Assembly (NCBI GenBank): GCA_038496445.1 | Contig: JALMLS010000421.1 | Coordinates: forward strand, 1-64,000 | DNA length: 64,000 bases | Direction of reading: 5' to 3' | Origin: Trichosphaerium sp. ATCC 40318 | Lineage: Eukaryota; Protista; Tubulinea | Part shown: piece by piece, positions 28,602-41,412 of the stretch | Layout of the letters: every line of letters starts with the position of its first letter | Position numbering within the stretch: position 1 is the stretch's first letter | The notes under the pieces: generated by a model | What the model saw: the letters and a program-made list of their open reading frames with translations, nothing else | Databases searched by the model: none | What the model was told of the DNA's origin: nothing | Translations under genes and position numbers: made by a program

Positions 28602-28790
28602 ATCGATAATCACGTTATTCAGTTCGTTGTTACTCATAACCTGAATAATTTCCATGCCTCATATTTGAAAAAATGTATGCTATCAGGTTAGAATGTATTT
28701 GTTGCTTATTACAATGTACTGAATGCTCATAGTGATGAGAAAATATTAGCAAAAAAATAAGATTATCGATAATCTTTTTTGTCGATAATC
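28602..28790. repeat. Dispersed repeat copy 1 with ATCGATAATC motifs
   Basis: ~60 bp similar to 50213-50273; 16-bp palindrome agattatcgataatct at 28760-28775. Confidence 0.65.
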
Positions 28791-29003
28791 CGGGTCAATT
28801 CTGTTATCAAAATTTTAAAATGCCACGCTAAAGCGAGCCTCTTTCTGTACACCAAGGTAGTACAATAGTGAAATGATAGCAAGAGAACTCCTCAAAGAAC
28901 CAAACGAGTCAAGAACAACAACAACAACTAAATCACAAATAGAACGAATACAATTTGAAAAATTGTTACATTGTAACGCTACTATAAATTCTGAACCAAG
29001 TGT

Positions 29004-30832
29004 TTAGAGCTCTTCTTTGGCTTCAACGTCTTCTTCAACGTCTTCGGCTTCTTCGTCACCTTCTTCGGCCTTTTTGGCTTCAGCTTCAGCTTCGGCGGCT
29101 TTGCGCTCTTCTTCGGCTTTAGCCTTAGCAGCAGCATCAGCTTCTTCCTTTGCCTTCTTTTCAGCTTCCATCTCAGCCAAAACAGCTTCAGTGGCGGCCT
29201 TTGCCTCATCTTCAGAGTCGGTGATGAGGAAGTTATCGAAGATGGATCCAGATTTTACTTGCCTAGAACACACGAAATAAGATACAAGGGCCAGAACAAA
29301 GTCAAATCGAGCTTTACGCTTGAAGCGCTTGCGTAAATGATGCAAAGATAACGTACCATACTTCAACGCCCAATCCTCCGAAGGATTCGTAAGCGTACAT
29401 TTCAGGGTCTTCTTTGTAGTCTGGGTTAGGGACCATAGGGTGTTCCCATTCGCCCTTGTATTCTGGGTTAGGGATCATCTTTGGTTTCCATTCTCCCTTG
29501 TATTCAGGGTTAGCGATCATTGGGGCTTCCCAGTCACCGTCTAATTCATCATCCCTGAAAAACAAAAAATAAGTACAAGACTTAAACTAGAACGGTAAAA
29601 AAAAACCACAAAAAGCGGACACAAAATGCAGAATAAATTTCCTTCTACTCTTCTTTCCAAAAAGAGAAAAAGATTATCCATAAAATAAAAAATTCATAAT
29701 ATTACAGTTTCTCAAACGCACCAGTCATCAGGCTTAGAAGCTTCAGGATCTTCAATTTCTTTTGGAATGTCATCGTAACCTTCTGGTTTCTCATCTTCAG
29801 GATCAACAATCTCTTTCTCATCAACCCAATCCTCTGGTTTGGATGCCTCTGGATCTTTGATTTCTTTTGGGAGAAGCATGTCCCAGTCATCAGCGAGACT
29901 GCCCTTTTGCTTTTCTTCACCGTCAATAAGTACCTAAATTACAACTATAAGCACCAGGTACCGAAGGATAACATGCAAACAACCACAAACCGAGAAAATT
30001 GAAAAATAAAGAAAAAAGCGCGTGACACGTAGTACATAATAAAAGAGTGAGTCAACGTTATACATACCTTGTAGGTGTTGTCTGGGTATACGTGGAGAGC
30101 GTACAAGTGAGTTAATTCGTCATCTTCACAACGAACTTCTTTCTTTACCAAGTGGTTGTCACCGTTGTAGTTAAAGATGACGTGGGTTCTCTTGGTGGAT
30201 GAACCGCAGATATCAGGGCCGAACATGATGCTAAAAAGCAGTTTAGTGAGATCAGTTTTTGTAAACAAAAAAAAAAGAAACCTTCAAAAAACAGATTAGA
30301 GCGAATAGAAGCGTACTTGTAATCAGTCTTGTCGTCAAGGTTTTCTTGGTCTACATCACCAGGGTAAAGCTTGATGTAACCGCCACCACAGTCGATCTTT
30401 TGCTCGTGTTTGACAGAGTATTGAATAACGAGAGTTTTGTCCTTGTTGGAGAATTGCTCATCGAATTTGGCAGAGATGGTGTAAAACTTAGCGTCTTCTG
30501 ACGTTTTCAAACCTAAAAATTGAGAAATCAGCTTAAAAGTTGTCTAGTCTAACGCCCACGAACAGAACGTTGTCTCTTTAGCGTACCTTTGGCTGCTTCT
30601 TCATCACCGTAGTATTTTCCTGAAGAGATTTCAAATTCACCGTCAGAGTCCTCCTCTTTGTGTGGGTACGCTTTAACCCAGCGGGATTCCCAGCCATCTG
30701 TTTGTGTGTAAACTTACAAGTGTCTACAGCTCAAAAAACTTTCGTACCACTGAAATCCTCTTGGAAGTAGACTTTTGCGCTGGCAACGGCCACGCAACAT
30801 ACTAGAAGTGCGAGAATAGTAGTAGACTTCAT
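29004..30832 (-). CDS. CALR: Calreticulin
   Basis: Signal peptide, KHEQKIDCGGGYIKL, IMFGPDICG, P-domain repeats, QVKSGSIFDN, acidic tail ending in KEEL. Confidence 0.97.
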
Positions 30833-31462
30833 CAGAACAAGTTGTTTACGTCTGTAGAGATGTTGTAAAAAATATATTTGGAGGTTTTGACGGGCAAATT
30901 CGACAACACGCCACGTCATATTTTGGAAGGTCACTTTCTAGGCGTATTTTTAATGTGCTACGCACTTTGTCATGGTTTTTAGAGTATTTGGCAAATTCGC
31001 ATTTTGTAAAGCGCTTTGTGACGTTATAAAAGAACTAATAACGCTTTACTGTCTTTACGTAGGCGTAGTTGCGTACTATAGAGCAATCGATGCGGCTTTA
31101 AAGAGACATTTACACGGAATTTTTCAGAAACTGCACGAAACATTGTGAAGCACGCTTCCCAATTGAAGCCAACTGTAGTGCATCACGTAAAATACAAGTC
31201 ACGTGTTGTTTCACTACTCGAAACTAAATAAGTTACCCAAACCACTACCCACGGCCTGTACTACTCACTGCACTATTAACACCTTGAACTATGTGCGAAC
31301 TGAATTAAGGTGCTAGTTTTATTTGGAACAAACGCAATAATCACTTAGAAAACAATATAATAGTGTGGAACCACAACAGGAATACCGAACAGAACATAGC
31401 GCAGTTGAGAAATTGTAAACTTGTTTATTTTTTTTTTCACTAATTTTTTTTAATTGGTCTAA

Positions 31463-33750
31463 TTAATTACCACCTGGTGTATCCTCATCCATATCCTCAA
31501 GACCGTGTTCTAGCAAGTAATTCGCGGCCAACTGCTCATTTTTATCACAAGCAAAGTATGCTTCTATAACACGTGATCGCTCGAAACCGAGACCACAAAG
31601 CTAATGCGCCATGAATAAAAAATAAAAAGACACAAAACAAGACCATGTTTTGTTTTTTTCAAAAACTTTTCTGAAAAAACGTTCGTTAACGTACTCTATC
31701 AATAGATTCTTTCTCTTCTGGTGTTACTTGGATATAACGTACACCTGGAGGGGCTTGGCCAGGCATGCCACCAGGCATACCACCCATACCGCCAGGCATA
31801 CCGCCCATACCGCCCATGCCGCCCATGCCGCCCATACCGGCCATGCCAGCCACACCTGGCATGCCTCCCATACCAGCGTCACCAGCATCACTACAAAAAT
31901 ATTATTAGGCGGTTTTGTTAATGTACAAATGGAATACAGTTCAAATCGTTCAAATTCTCCACTTTTTTTTTTTTCTTCACCACAGAAACGCCTTGCGTTT
32001 TATTTCGCTTATAAAAAACTGTATTTTCAAGGAGAAAAAAAGTAGGATTTGAATGCATAGAACTATAATTACTATCACTATTATCAAACGTACTCTGGTA
32101 ATGGTTCGTTTAGCAATTGCATGAATTCAGCTTGATTGTTTTGTATCAAGTTTACGATTTGAGGATTGACTCGAGCGAGTTGTTGTATAACTGCTTGAAG
32201 CAATTGAGGGTTGGCACGTACCAATTGTCTACAAAAAGGAGTAAATGACAAGCCAATTAAATATTAATATTCTGGACGAAAGATAACGTACCGTAGTTGA
32301 TTGAACTGTGGATGTTGTCTGAGAAAACCAAAGACGTCACCGCCCTCTTGAGCGTTACCGCCTTGTGTACCACCCTGCGTAGGAGCAGGTTGTGTTGCAG
32401 GAGCTGGAGCAGGAGCAGGAGCATTTCCAGTTGTAGCAGGAGCAGGAGTAGGTGCAGCTTGTCCTTGAGCTTGTGCAGCAGCTTGTTGGCTAACCTGTGC
32501 AACGAGATGTGGTGGGATACCCTAAAATCACGTATATATAAGTATTGATGATACTGGCGGGCGCAAAAGAAAAAAAAAAGAGAGAAAGTGTCAGAGTCGA
32601 TTGTCTTACGTTCATGAGGTACTCAACGGCTTGATGTGGATTATTGAAAGCTGCACGCAACGCAATGATTACTTGCTCGCGTGGGAATCCCATATCAACC
32701 ATATTCTTTATCATACCTTCCATCTCAGATCCAGTTACAAGCGTAGAAGCGGCCTTTTGGTGAGAAGAGTTAGATTAATTATTTATTAACAAGAACCGCT
32801 TGTCACAAACATAAACTACGTTTAGCTTAACGTGTACGTAATCAAAGAAAACGCGTTTGTTTTTCACAAAAAAAAAGAGAGACGCTTGTAATGTACCTGT
32901 TGTGCAGCGTTACCTGTAGCAGGGGCTGGTGTAGCAGGTGTGGCGGCTGCTTGTGCTGGTGCTGGGCTTGTTGCTGGGGCTTGTGCATTTTTATCTTCCT
33001 TTGGCTCTTCTTTCTTCTCTGGTTCAGGTGTTGGCCTTTTTAATAAGCGTTAGGTGGCGTTGGTTATTTATACTGTAATAAATTTATAACGCACTCTGGA
33101 GCTTTTGTTTCTGGTTGTGGCTACAGGTGACAGGTGAGCGATTTTAAAGGTATGTGCAATTCAAAAAAAAAACCGCTTTGGTATTTCTCAGAAGCGAATT
33201 ATTTCGAGTTAGTGATTTTTTGTGCTTTTTGAACTGACGAGGTGTTTTGATTATGTTTTTTTTGGTGTTAATACTTTCCCGCTATAAACTAGCACTTGTG
33301 TGGGCGTTGTTTTACCGAAATTTCAACGCCTAGAGTTTTTTTTTCTTTTCGTTTTGTTTTTTTCATTAAACAATGGTTTTAGGATTATCCAAACGCACCT
33401 TTGGTTGTACTTTTGGAGCTTTTGGCTAAGAATGCGTCAATATTTTTACAGTTTGTGGGATCTTTTTTCAATGTATTATTGAAGCGTACCTTTCTCACCA
33501 TCAATACCAAAAACGCGCCTTCTTTTATACCGCAGTCCTTCAACACTTGGTCATCGTTCAAAACCTTGCCAGAGTGGATCAGCTTCTGCCACGATTTATC
33601 GTGTTTGTATTGCGCTTCTATCAATTCTTTTACTTTCAGAACCTGTAATGAGTTGGCTCCTGACTAATATTTAATCAATCGTACTGTGTCCTCTGGGTTT
33701 ACTTCCAAAGTATACTGATCCTTCTTTAACGTGCGTATTGTGAGTTTCAT
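31463..33750 (-). CDS. RAD23: UV excision repair protein RAD23 (UBL-UBA-STI1-UBA)
   Basis: [16 protein letters not shown]1 [60 protein letters not shown]. Confidence 0.97.
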
Positions 33751-34589
33751 TGTGTCGTTGCTGTAAACAAAAAAAACAATTCGTAAAATGAAATGTCAAC
33801 ATTAGTCACCCTTTCAGGCCAAAACACCTCTAAAGGAACAAAGCGTGCGCGTCGCGTAGTACAACAAGTACTACATGTCAGCCGTTGGCGATTATCTGAA
33901 ACTACTTCTACGAACTGTGAAAAAGGCGTACTAAGCTTGCTAAGAGTAATTCAAACGCATTGTGATTGCAAACACTATACTTTGTCGCAATGGTAAAGAT
34001 TGCAACTAATACATAGTGGAGCAGACAAGACTCTCAATTGTGATAAAGGGGACGGCTGTAAATGGAGTAAAAAGGACTATTATGATCTAGTGGGTCAATT
34101 AAAATCAGTATCCGTAAATCAACTCTAACTATTTTTATTACATTAAAAAAGTTCATAAGTTTCATTATCATTGACTTATGGTTCAACAACTAGCCATTTC
34201 CGCCGTTCGTGGCATTCTCCTTCTTTACCATTGACCCCAACTTAGGAAACAACACGAAAGTGGAAAAAGAGAAAAAAGTGAGCCATTTCATATAGCCTTA
34301 TTACATTGCAAACCCCGTAACTCTAACATACCCTTAAAATTGTAACCCAACAATTGCTGACTATTTCAGCAACAAAAGTCTGATGCTTCACCCTAGTTAC
34401 GGTGATTCAATCAAGAAAAACGCTGATCTTTCAAAAATATTGTGATTGATTGTAAATAGTTTTCTTTACAAAAATCAACTCAAACTAGTATCCATAGCAC
34501 CACATCACCTAATTAACACATTTAACAAACCCACTTTTTTTTTCCTAGCGAGAAAACGTAGTTCAAAAGAATCTTTGCAACTCATTAAA

Positions 34590-34971
34590 AAGTGGGAGTT
34601 GGAGCGGTCTCTCCTCTTCTGCCGGCGCATCCGGCCTCGAAGCCATTCGAACAAAAACAAGGACATAGGCCAATCCAAAGACGTTCAACTATATTTGTTA
34701 GCACTCTACTGGCCCTAGAGTGCATGGGAACATTGTAGTTGACCTAGAGCGCACAGCGTGGGGCAGTTGTGCAAAGCATGTCTTTTGTAATCAGTGCTGT
34801 TGATTGATTTTTACACAACTCTACATTTGGAGTTTGACTCGTGTTTTGGAATTGGTTTGCGCTGATAATGAGGCACTTTTCGAGGCAATGTGTAAGTGCA
34901 GGCGCACTCAATGGCACACGTACTGCGCCATTCTGACTTTGAGAAAAGAACGTTCAGTAAGCATATTTTTT
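34590..34971. ncRNA. Candidate structured ncRNA (unidentified)
   Basis: GC-richer intergenic stretch with at least five short stems and a T6 run at 34966-34971; no family motif recognised. Confidence 0.25.
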
Positions 34972-35098
34972 GTCAGTAGCGGTTGACCTGCGAGTACTAC
35001 AGCTACAAATACGCAAACCACGTGTTTTTTCTCCGCTACATTTTGCCTTCTTTGACTTGTAGTTTGTTTGAAACAAATTATTGATCAATTCTTGCTGG

Positions 35099-36107
35099 AT
35101 GGCAGCAAAGCGACACAAGACGATTCATGTTTCTTCGCTCGCGTTACTTCCACCTGAAACCTTAACGCAAATTTTAGGCCAGTTAAACAGAAAACAGCGC
35201 ATAATAGCGTCTGCAGTCTCTCGTGTGTTTAACAACGTCATTCATAGCAATATTGGCTTAGACTACCTCATTGTTTCAAGATCATCACACTGTCGTTTCC
35301 TCAAAGGCAGCCCATTGCTCAAAAACACCACAATTGATTGTTCAAGGTCCAAACTTTCAGACAGCGACATGGCTTGCCTTTATGGCGTTCGTACCATAGA
35401 TTTCTACCAATCAGCTATTTCAGATTCAGGTATGTATCCTCAACTCTGATACACCCAGCTAAGCACTGTCAGGTATCCTTGCCTTACTTAGAGGATGGAA
35501 AGACAGTACTCACGATAATACCTTGGGAATTACAAATACAATCAACGTTTCTTCAGATTTAGGTTGTCTTTCTTGTGTTCACACTATAGATCTATCATAT
35601 ACACGTATTACAGATGCAAGTATACTAGCACTAGTAAAAGCAGGAGAGCGTACTATATACAAGATAAAGTTGGGTGGTACCAATATAACAGATGTTTCAT
35701 TAAAAGCTCTGAGAGGTGTTAAAAAGATTGATGTTGGTTTTTGTTATGGAATAACTATTGAAGGAATAAAGGCACTAACAAATGTACACAAAATTACACT
35801 TACTCCAGACGACAAATGGTTAAAACTAATTTGTAATGTTCACACAGTTAAGATTCATAGTGTGGCAGTGACAAACAATGGGATCAAAGATTTGATAAAT
35901 GTAAAGTGCTTGAGCTTGTGGAATAGTGATGTAACAGACTTTGGGTTGAGAAATATGGAGAAGTTAGAACATCTTAAGATTGTTGGTCGTAGTCCACTTA
36001 CAAATGATTGTTTGAAGTATTTAATATCTCTTAAAACTATTAAGCTTGGTCACAGAAGCCTAATTACAAGGAAAGCTGTTGAGGCATTGGGTATCACTTG
36101 TCTGTAA
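35099..36107 (+). CDS. F-box/leucine-rich repeat protein
   Basis: LLPPETLTQILGQL F-box, followed by repeats such as VHTIDLSYTRITD; one intron at ~35430-35472. Confidence 0.85.
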
Positions 36108-36120
36108 AAAGTGTTCTTTT

Positions 36121-36303
36121 TGCACTCTGATAAACAGAGAATTGACCATTGATGTCCCAACTCTAGTACTCTCCTTAACATTTACTTTTAACATAATGAT
36201 ATTGTTCTAATAATTGTCCATTTGAATACCAATTGTTCCACTTACCTTCTAGTTTACCGTTTACATAGTGACCGTCAAGTGTCAATGTGCCATTGTCATC
36301 CAC
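36121..36303 (-). pseudogene. MORN-variant repeat fragment with in-frame stops
   Basis: DDNGTLTLDGHYVNGKLEGKWNNWYSNGQLLEQYHYVKSKC*GEY*SWDINGQ. Confidence 0.7.
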
Positions 36304-36519
36304 CGCTTAAACAATATTTCAGGTAAGCGTTGTGGTTGGGTTTATGACTGTTAATTTTTTAGCCCACGTGAAAAACACGTTTTGTTTTATCTTTCTTTGA
36401 ACCCTTGTTCAAGTGCGAGTTGCAAGCACACCACACCACATTAGTCATTAAATAACAAATCCACTTTAGTATGTACTTAATAAACACAATATGTACAGAA
36501 CATACTGCAAATGATGTAA

Positions 36520-37204
36520 TTATATTTCGTTTTTAAGAACTATGCTAGTTTTCTTTGAGAATTGAAATTCAGCCTCTGCTTGCATGATTCGTCTTTTGAG
36601 TGATTCTATATCAATTTGTTGGCAGAACTGCCATTGTATTCTATCATTGGAACTGCAAAAGCGTGCTCGGTCCATCATATAGTGACCTACACAAAAAGTT
36701 ATCAACTGTAAGTAGAGCAACTTGCACCAAATAGTAGCATACTTGTTCCGGATAAATGATAATCTACAAACTGTTTACGCTCCAGATGTGTAAATTTCAG
36801 GTCATTCATTATCTCACGTGTTACATCTGTCCACTGAAAATGCATATCACAAAATATCTTCCCGCATGTTGTGCTCTTGAGCTAGTAAACCCTGCACGAT
36901 TAAGTGTTGTAACCCAATCTAGTTTCGTTAATTCAGTTTTAGCTCGTTCTTTCCATGACCTCATATCATGCTGGTTTGGATCATGGTATGCCCTAAAACG
37001 ATTTGGCAAGAGTTTATTGATTATCTTGCTCCACACAAAGTCTTGACTACAAATTAAATTCATATTATGGCATGTTGTAGATATTCCAATGTTCTTGAAT
37101 GAAAGGAACGAGATTATTTCAAAACACGTTTCTGTTGGTAAAAGCCAAAATTGACATGTCACGTCCTGGTTTTTGTTTTTCGTTGTTATTGACATGTACT
37201 CCAT
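36520..37204 (-). CDS. F-box protein, 3' end uncertain, possibly a pseudogene
   Basis: FWLLPTETCFEIISFLS...TCHNMNLICSQDFVWSKI...SWKE. Confidence 0.65.
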
Positions 37205-37406
37205 TAATTGAGGTATCCTAGTAGTACAATGTGTTGAAATGTAGAGACTGTGAGACGCCTTGTTTAAAATGTACTTTTTGTTGTTGTTTTAAAATTCCAC
37301 CATGCAACATACATGCTAGTCCTAATATGATATCTGATTGGGCATCGGTGTGCGCAAAGTATAGCATGCTGGCTTTTAGCTGCTTACTCAAAAACTTTGC
37401 TGGAGT

Positions 37407-37628
37407 TGACCTGCAATAACGCTATTTCGATTTAACACTAAGCTACTTTTCAAAAAGTGACTCCCGTTCAGCAACCAGCACGTGACTTTCTGAACCTACC
37501 ATCACACGAAGTACTTCCATAAGGTACACCAATAGGCTAGTTTGCGTACTGTAGTGGAGTTGCCTGTACTCACAAACCATCTCAAAAAACTAGCTTAGCG
37601 TTGGCAAAAAATAGCGCTATTCCCAAAT
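37407..37628. mobile_element. MITE-like element, copy 1
   Basis: Imperfect TIRs tgacctgcaataacgctattt...ctaagc / gcttagcg...atagcgctatt; alignable along its length to 48489-48698. Confidence 0.75.
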
Positions 37629-37808
37629 TCACACGGTCGTTCGGTAACATAAGATTTACCACGGTAAATATGATGAATTGCGTGTTCTGTCTGTAACGGC
37701 TAAACGAATGACTTGGTAACTACCGTTATGCCACATAACAATTTAGGAAAAGTGATCTAAGTTAAGAACAAATTTAGAAATCGCTACCATTTTAGGAAAC
37801 ACACTAGC

Positions 37809-38751
37809 ATGAAGCAACAACTCGTCATCTTTCTCGCATTCTTAGCAATCGCTTTTGCACAGTGTCCTATTCCTCCATCAATATCAAGCACTCAGTTTCA
37901 GTTTACTGGATACAACAGTGGTTATAGAGGTAACCCAGGCCCAATTAATGGTACACTGGCATTCTCGCGTTCAGGTCCTAATAACACCAACTGTGTACGC
38001 CAAAAAACAAGCTCATCTCTTCATCTAATATTACTGTAGCGTATCGGTGGTCCAGCTGCCAATATAGCAATAGAACTTACACTTACAACACCAACAATGG
38101 TACGAAATACAAATCGGATTGTTTGGGATAGGAAATTACCAAATCTACTTCGGTGATTTATTCCGTTAAAAACTATTGTGTATCGCTTTACTTTGTTTCT
38201 CTTCCTTGATTTTTGCTGTTTAAGGACAATCATTGACGTTAAATGACGTGTCAACGTCATCATGTTTTGAAGCTAACAATAACCTCTTTTTTGAAAGCGA
38301 TGAGTGACTTATTTCTAACTTTTCGGGCAGAGAACTGAATATGTAGTTGACTCGATTGGACAGTGCCGTGAATCTAATGAGCCTCTACCAAACGGCGTTG
38401 ATCCAGATTGCAACTGGTCTCAAGTACGGCCCTTATTCTGTTTAGCGTATTGTCCAACAATTAGTTTTTTGACATTTTTAAAAGGCTGGGAACACGTGGG
38501 AAGAATACTGCTATGGTTTGTTTGGAAACATTTTGCAAACTACCGTGATTCTTGATAACAATGGAGATATTAGCTCTATTACCATGAACATTGATATTGG
38601 CGGTAATAAGTCAAAGGTATATTATGAGACATCACAGATGCTTGATCCACCCACTGATGCAACATTTGCTGTACGTTGTTTGTTTTTCTTTACTTTTTTG
38701 GCATTGCTGCTTATCACTTCTCGCTAGATACCATCTGACTGCAACCAATGA
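37809..38751 (+). CDS. Small secreted protein, ependymin-related-like
   Basis: Signal peptide, C-P-I-P-P after the cleavage site, beta-rich core, C-terminal DPPTDATFA|IPSDC. Confidence 0.6.
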
Positions 38752-39932
38752 ATGTAATAAACGTTCAACAATGTTTGTAGAATAAAAGAGTTACCTTCGT
38801 TAGACATGTCTCAGTACTGATTGTGTATGCATAGCAAACTTGAATACTACTTATAGTCGCTTATTTAATGGTGCATGTAGCAATAAACACGACTTTTTTG
38901 TGCTAGCATACAAGCCCAGTAAGGTGCTGGAAAATATTGTGAGTGTACTATTAAAACTGGATTAAAACACATAGTTGTTCAGGTATTCTATTCATATTAC
39001 AAGTGTTTTAGTAAGAACTATGTAATATATAGACTTGTAATTCTTCACCATAATTTCTTTTGACAGCATCAAGCTGGTAAGTTAATCTATCCGCATGTTT
39101 GTCACATGTTTCTAAACGCATGCAAGTGGAATAATAACGGTTCGTACATTGTACATTACATTGTATCAAACTGTGCACAACATGAACAAGGTATATTAGG
39201 CGCTGCACTGCATGGAAGGTTGAAGCGATCAAGTGGAAACTTTCTAAAAAAATAATACCTAAAGGCAAAACAAATCACTCACTGAACATAACTTCTGGTG
39301 TACCAATGATTATCACGTGCCATCTTATACCTGTGTAGGTAAAAAAATTGGAGCTCCTGACATGAGTAGTTACGCTCTCAGTTACCATTATTATAGCAAC
39401 GTACTAGTAACCCAAAAACGTCTGATGCTCGAAGCAATCTAAAGATGAGTTAAACCAGATCAAAGTTCATGATTCGTACTTTCTGTTTATAAAAAAGTTA
39501 ATATGCTCTTGACTTAATAAGCTCTTGTACATCCATTTATTAATGAAATGAACTGGAGATGGGTTCATGTAGTTGCGATGTTGTCCTTGAATGATTATAA
39601 TAGGGTCTAGTACGTCATCACTAAAGGAAGACAGGTGAATGCCTTTAAAGGCTTTTGACAGGACAACAGAAAGAACACCTCCGCTACTTCAGTTATCATT
39701 AATACTTGGTACTCATCACATACCTCCCTGAAGGTCCAGAGAATGTGGCTGACAGTACATTAAAAGTATTCATAGGCATAGTGTTTACTAACCGTTGAAT
39801 TGACCCAGGAATCCAAGTGAGAAAAGACCATACCTATCATTTAGAAAGAGACTTCCTTGGTTAAATAAAAATTTCCCAGTAGTATTGCTTGGCTCTGGGT
39901 AAATCACGTGTTTATTGATTGAGTGTGTGAGT

Positions 39933-41412
39933 TCATTTGGCAAATAATAGAGTTGTGGTCCTAAAAATAACATTAGCTGCAAATAAGCACGTGGAAGTAG
40001 GTGAACCAAGTTGTTTTTTGGGTTTAAAGGCGTCTAAAATTCTGTTGTCGTTCAGCTTCAGGTGATTGTTAACACTACTTATCTCCCTTTCTAAATACTC
40101 AATGGCTTTTGGATGAATATCAAACTAGTAAAGTATTAGTGTTATACTAGTTACTCAAATCGCACCTTCTTTGCAGTCGTTTGTGTTCTGAATACAAGAG
40201 AATAATGGACTAATTCTGCTTGATAATCTTTCTTTACATTCTTCAAACGCATGCTGTGGTACTATCTAAAATTCAACATTGAAATGCTTTGTTAATGTTA
40301 TCAGTACTATCTCTTGAGCATCTTTACCAACTAGAATCCATGACCCAGTGATGGTACTGAAAGAGTGCATCTTTCCTATTTTAGCTAGCCAAAAACAACA
40401 GGTTAAAAAAGCCGTTTACAACTTGTTGTTCATACATTTCACTGTGATTATTTTATGTACTCCTGGAACAATCGAAAAATGTAAAACCTGCAAAAACTAG
40501 TTTAATGCATGATGGGGAAAGCTGTGATAAATACGTACTCCAATTGATGAGTTTGGATCAACTTGTGATCCTACGCCTCCATCTTTGTGCATGGCAATAC
40601 TTGCTGCCCCAACATACGCTGACAGTATAGATAAGTACTTACATGATACAAAAGGGTAGCTAAAAGGTACAACCTTTAACTTCAAAACCATTTGCAGGCA
40701 CATTTCCAAAAGCACTAGAAAAAAGAAAACTTAGACTTATGTTTTAATTAACAACGTACGTTACTATGCTATTATAGAATGCCATTGTCTCATTACAAAC
40801 TTGAGTGTTCGGTAGTGGCATGTTTTGTAAGATACCAATTTATGATTGTTAGATTTTTTAGTAAAGGCGTGAAGTTGTTCTTACTTTTAAGCCCAGTTGT
40901 TCCTTTTCTCATTGGAGAAAGCCATGGTTCATCCCCAAAATATCCTGTCAAGTACTTTACATAACGAGAACTTCCTGTGGTTGATATTCGAGAACTGGTA
41001 AACTTAATAAAAACGTGAATAGCGTAGCGAAAAAAACAAAAAAAACTGTTTACTTTTGGAAACTTGGGTACTTGTTGCATCAAATTGACAATCTCTGGAC
41101 TCCAACCACGCTCTGCTATACCGTGTGTTAGTTACGGGCGCGATACCTGTTAAAAGGTGTACTTTGAAGTAAATACGCGTCGTATCCTTGAATACTAATT
41201 ACAATAAACTTAGTCTCGTCTAATATCGCGCCTTTCACGTGATTTAGCGTAAATTCACGTGATAATGGAGCTGTACCTGTACTTTTGCACTTTTGCTGTA
41301 CTGTACAATACCCTGTCGCTTTGAAACCATTGGGTAATCGAGCAAGGGCGGGAACAGCAACGGTTCGTTTAATTACCTTGTATTTATATTGAGAAGGATC
41401 TTGCATTGACAT
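39933..41412 (-). CDS. Divergent AlkB-family Fe(II)/2-oxoglutarate dioxygenase (ALKBH2/3-like)
   Basis: Manual splicing gives PFSYPFVSSYVGAASIAMHKDG...DPNSSIG...GSWILVGKDAQEIYHSM...HYSLVFR; stop TGA at 39933-39935, AATAAA at 39911-39916. Confidence 0.65.

Noticed and set aside
29017-29280. Ala/Ser-rich plus-strand ORF
   Set aside because: It is antisense to the calreticulin acidic tail.
31755-31875. Short-period GC-rich tandem repeat
   Set aside because: It encodes the GGM/PGG low-complexity linker of RAD23.
34855-34895. Resemblance to the U4 snRNA 5' stem (aatgagg...cgaggc) or a hammerhead core
   Set aside because: The U6-pairing segments, Sm-site context and CUGANGA...GAAA core are not present.
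36121-36303. In-frame TAA/TAG suggesting a ciliate-type genetic code
   Set aside because: Conserved genes end at their expected C-termini with TAG (thiolase), TAA (calreticulin) and TGA (UGP), so the stops reflect pseudogene decay.
39788-40009. LYYLPNELTHSI as a JmjC distal-His motif
   Set aside because: The most consistent splice path uses another frame, ends at 39933 before an AATAAA, and already supplies an AlkB-type distal His.
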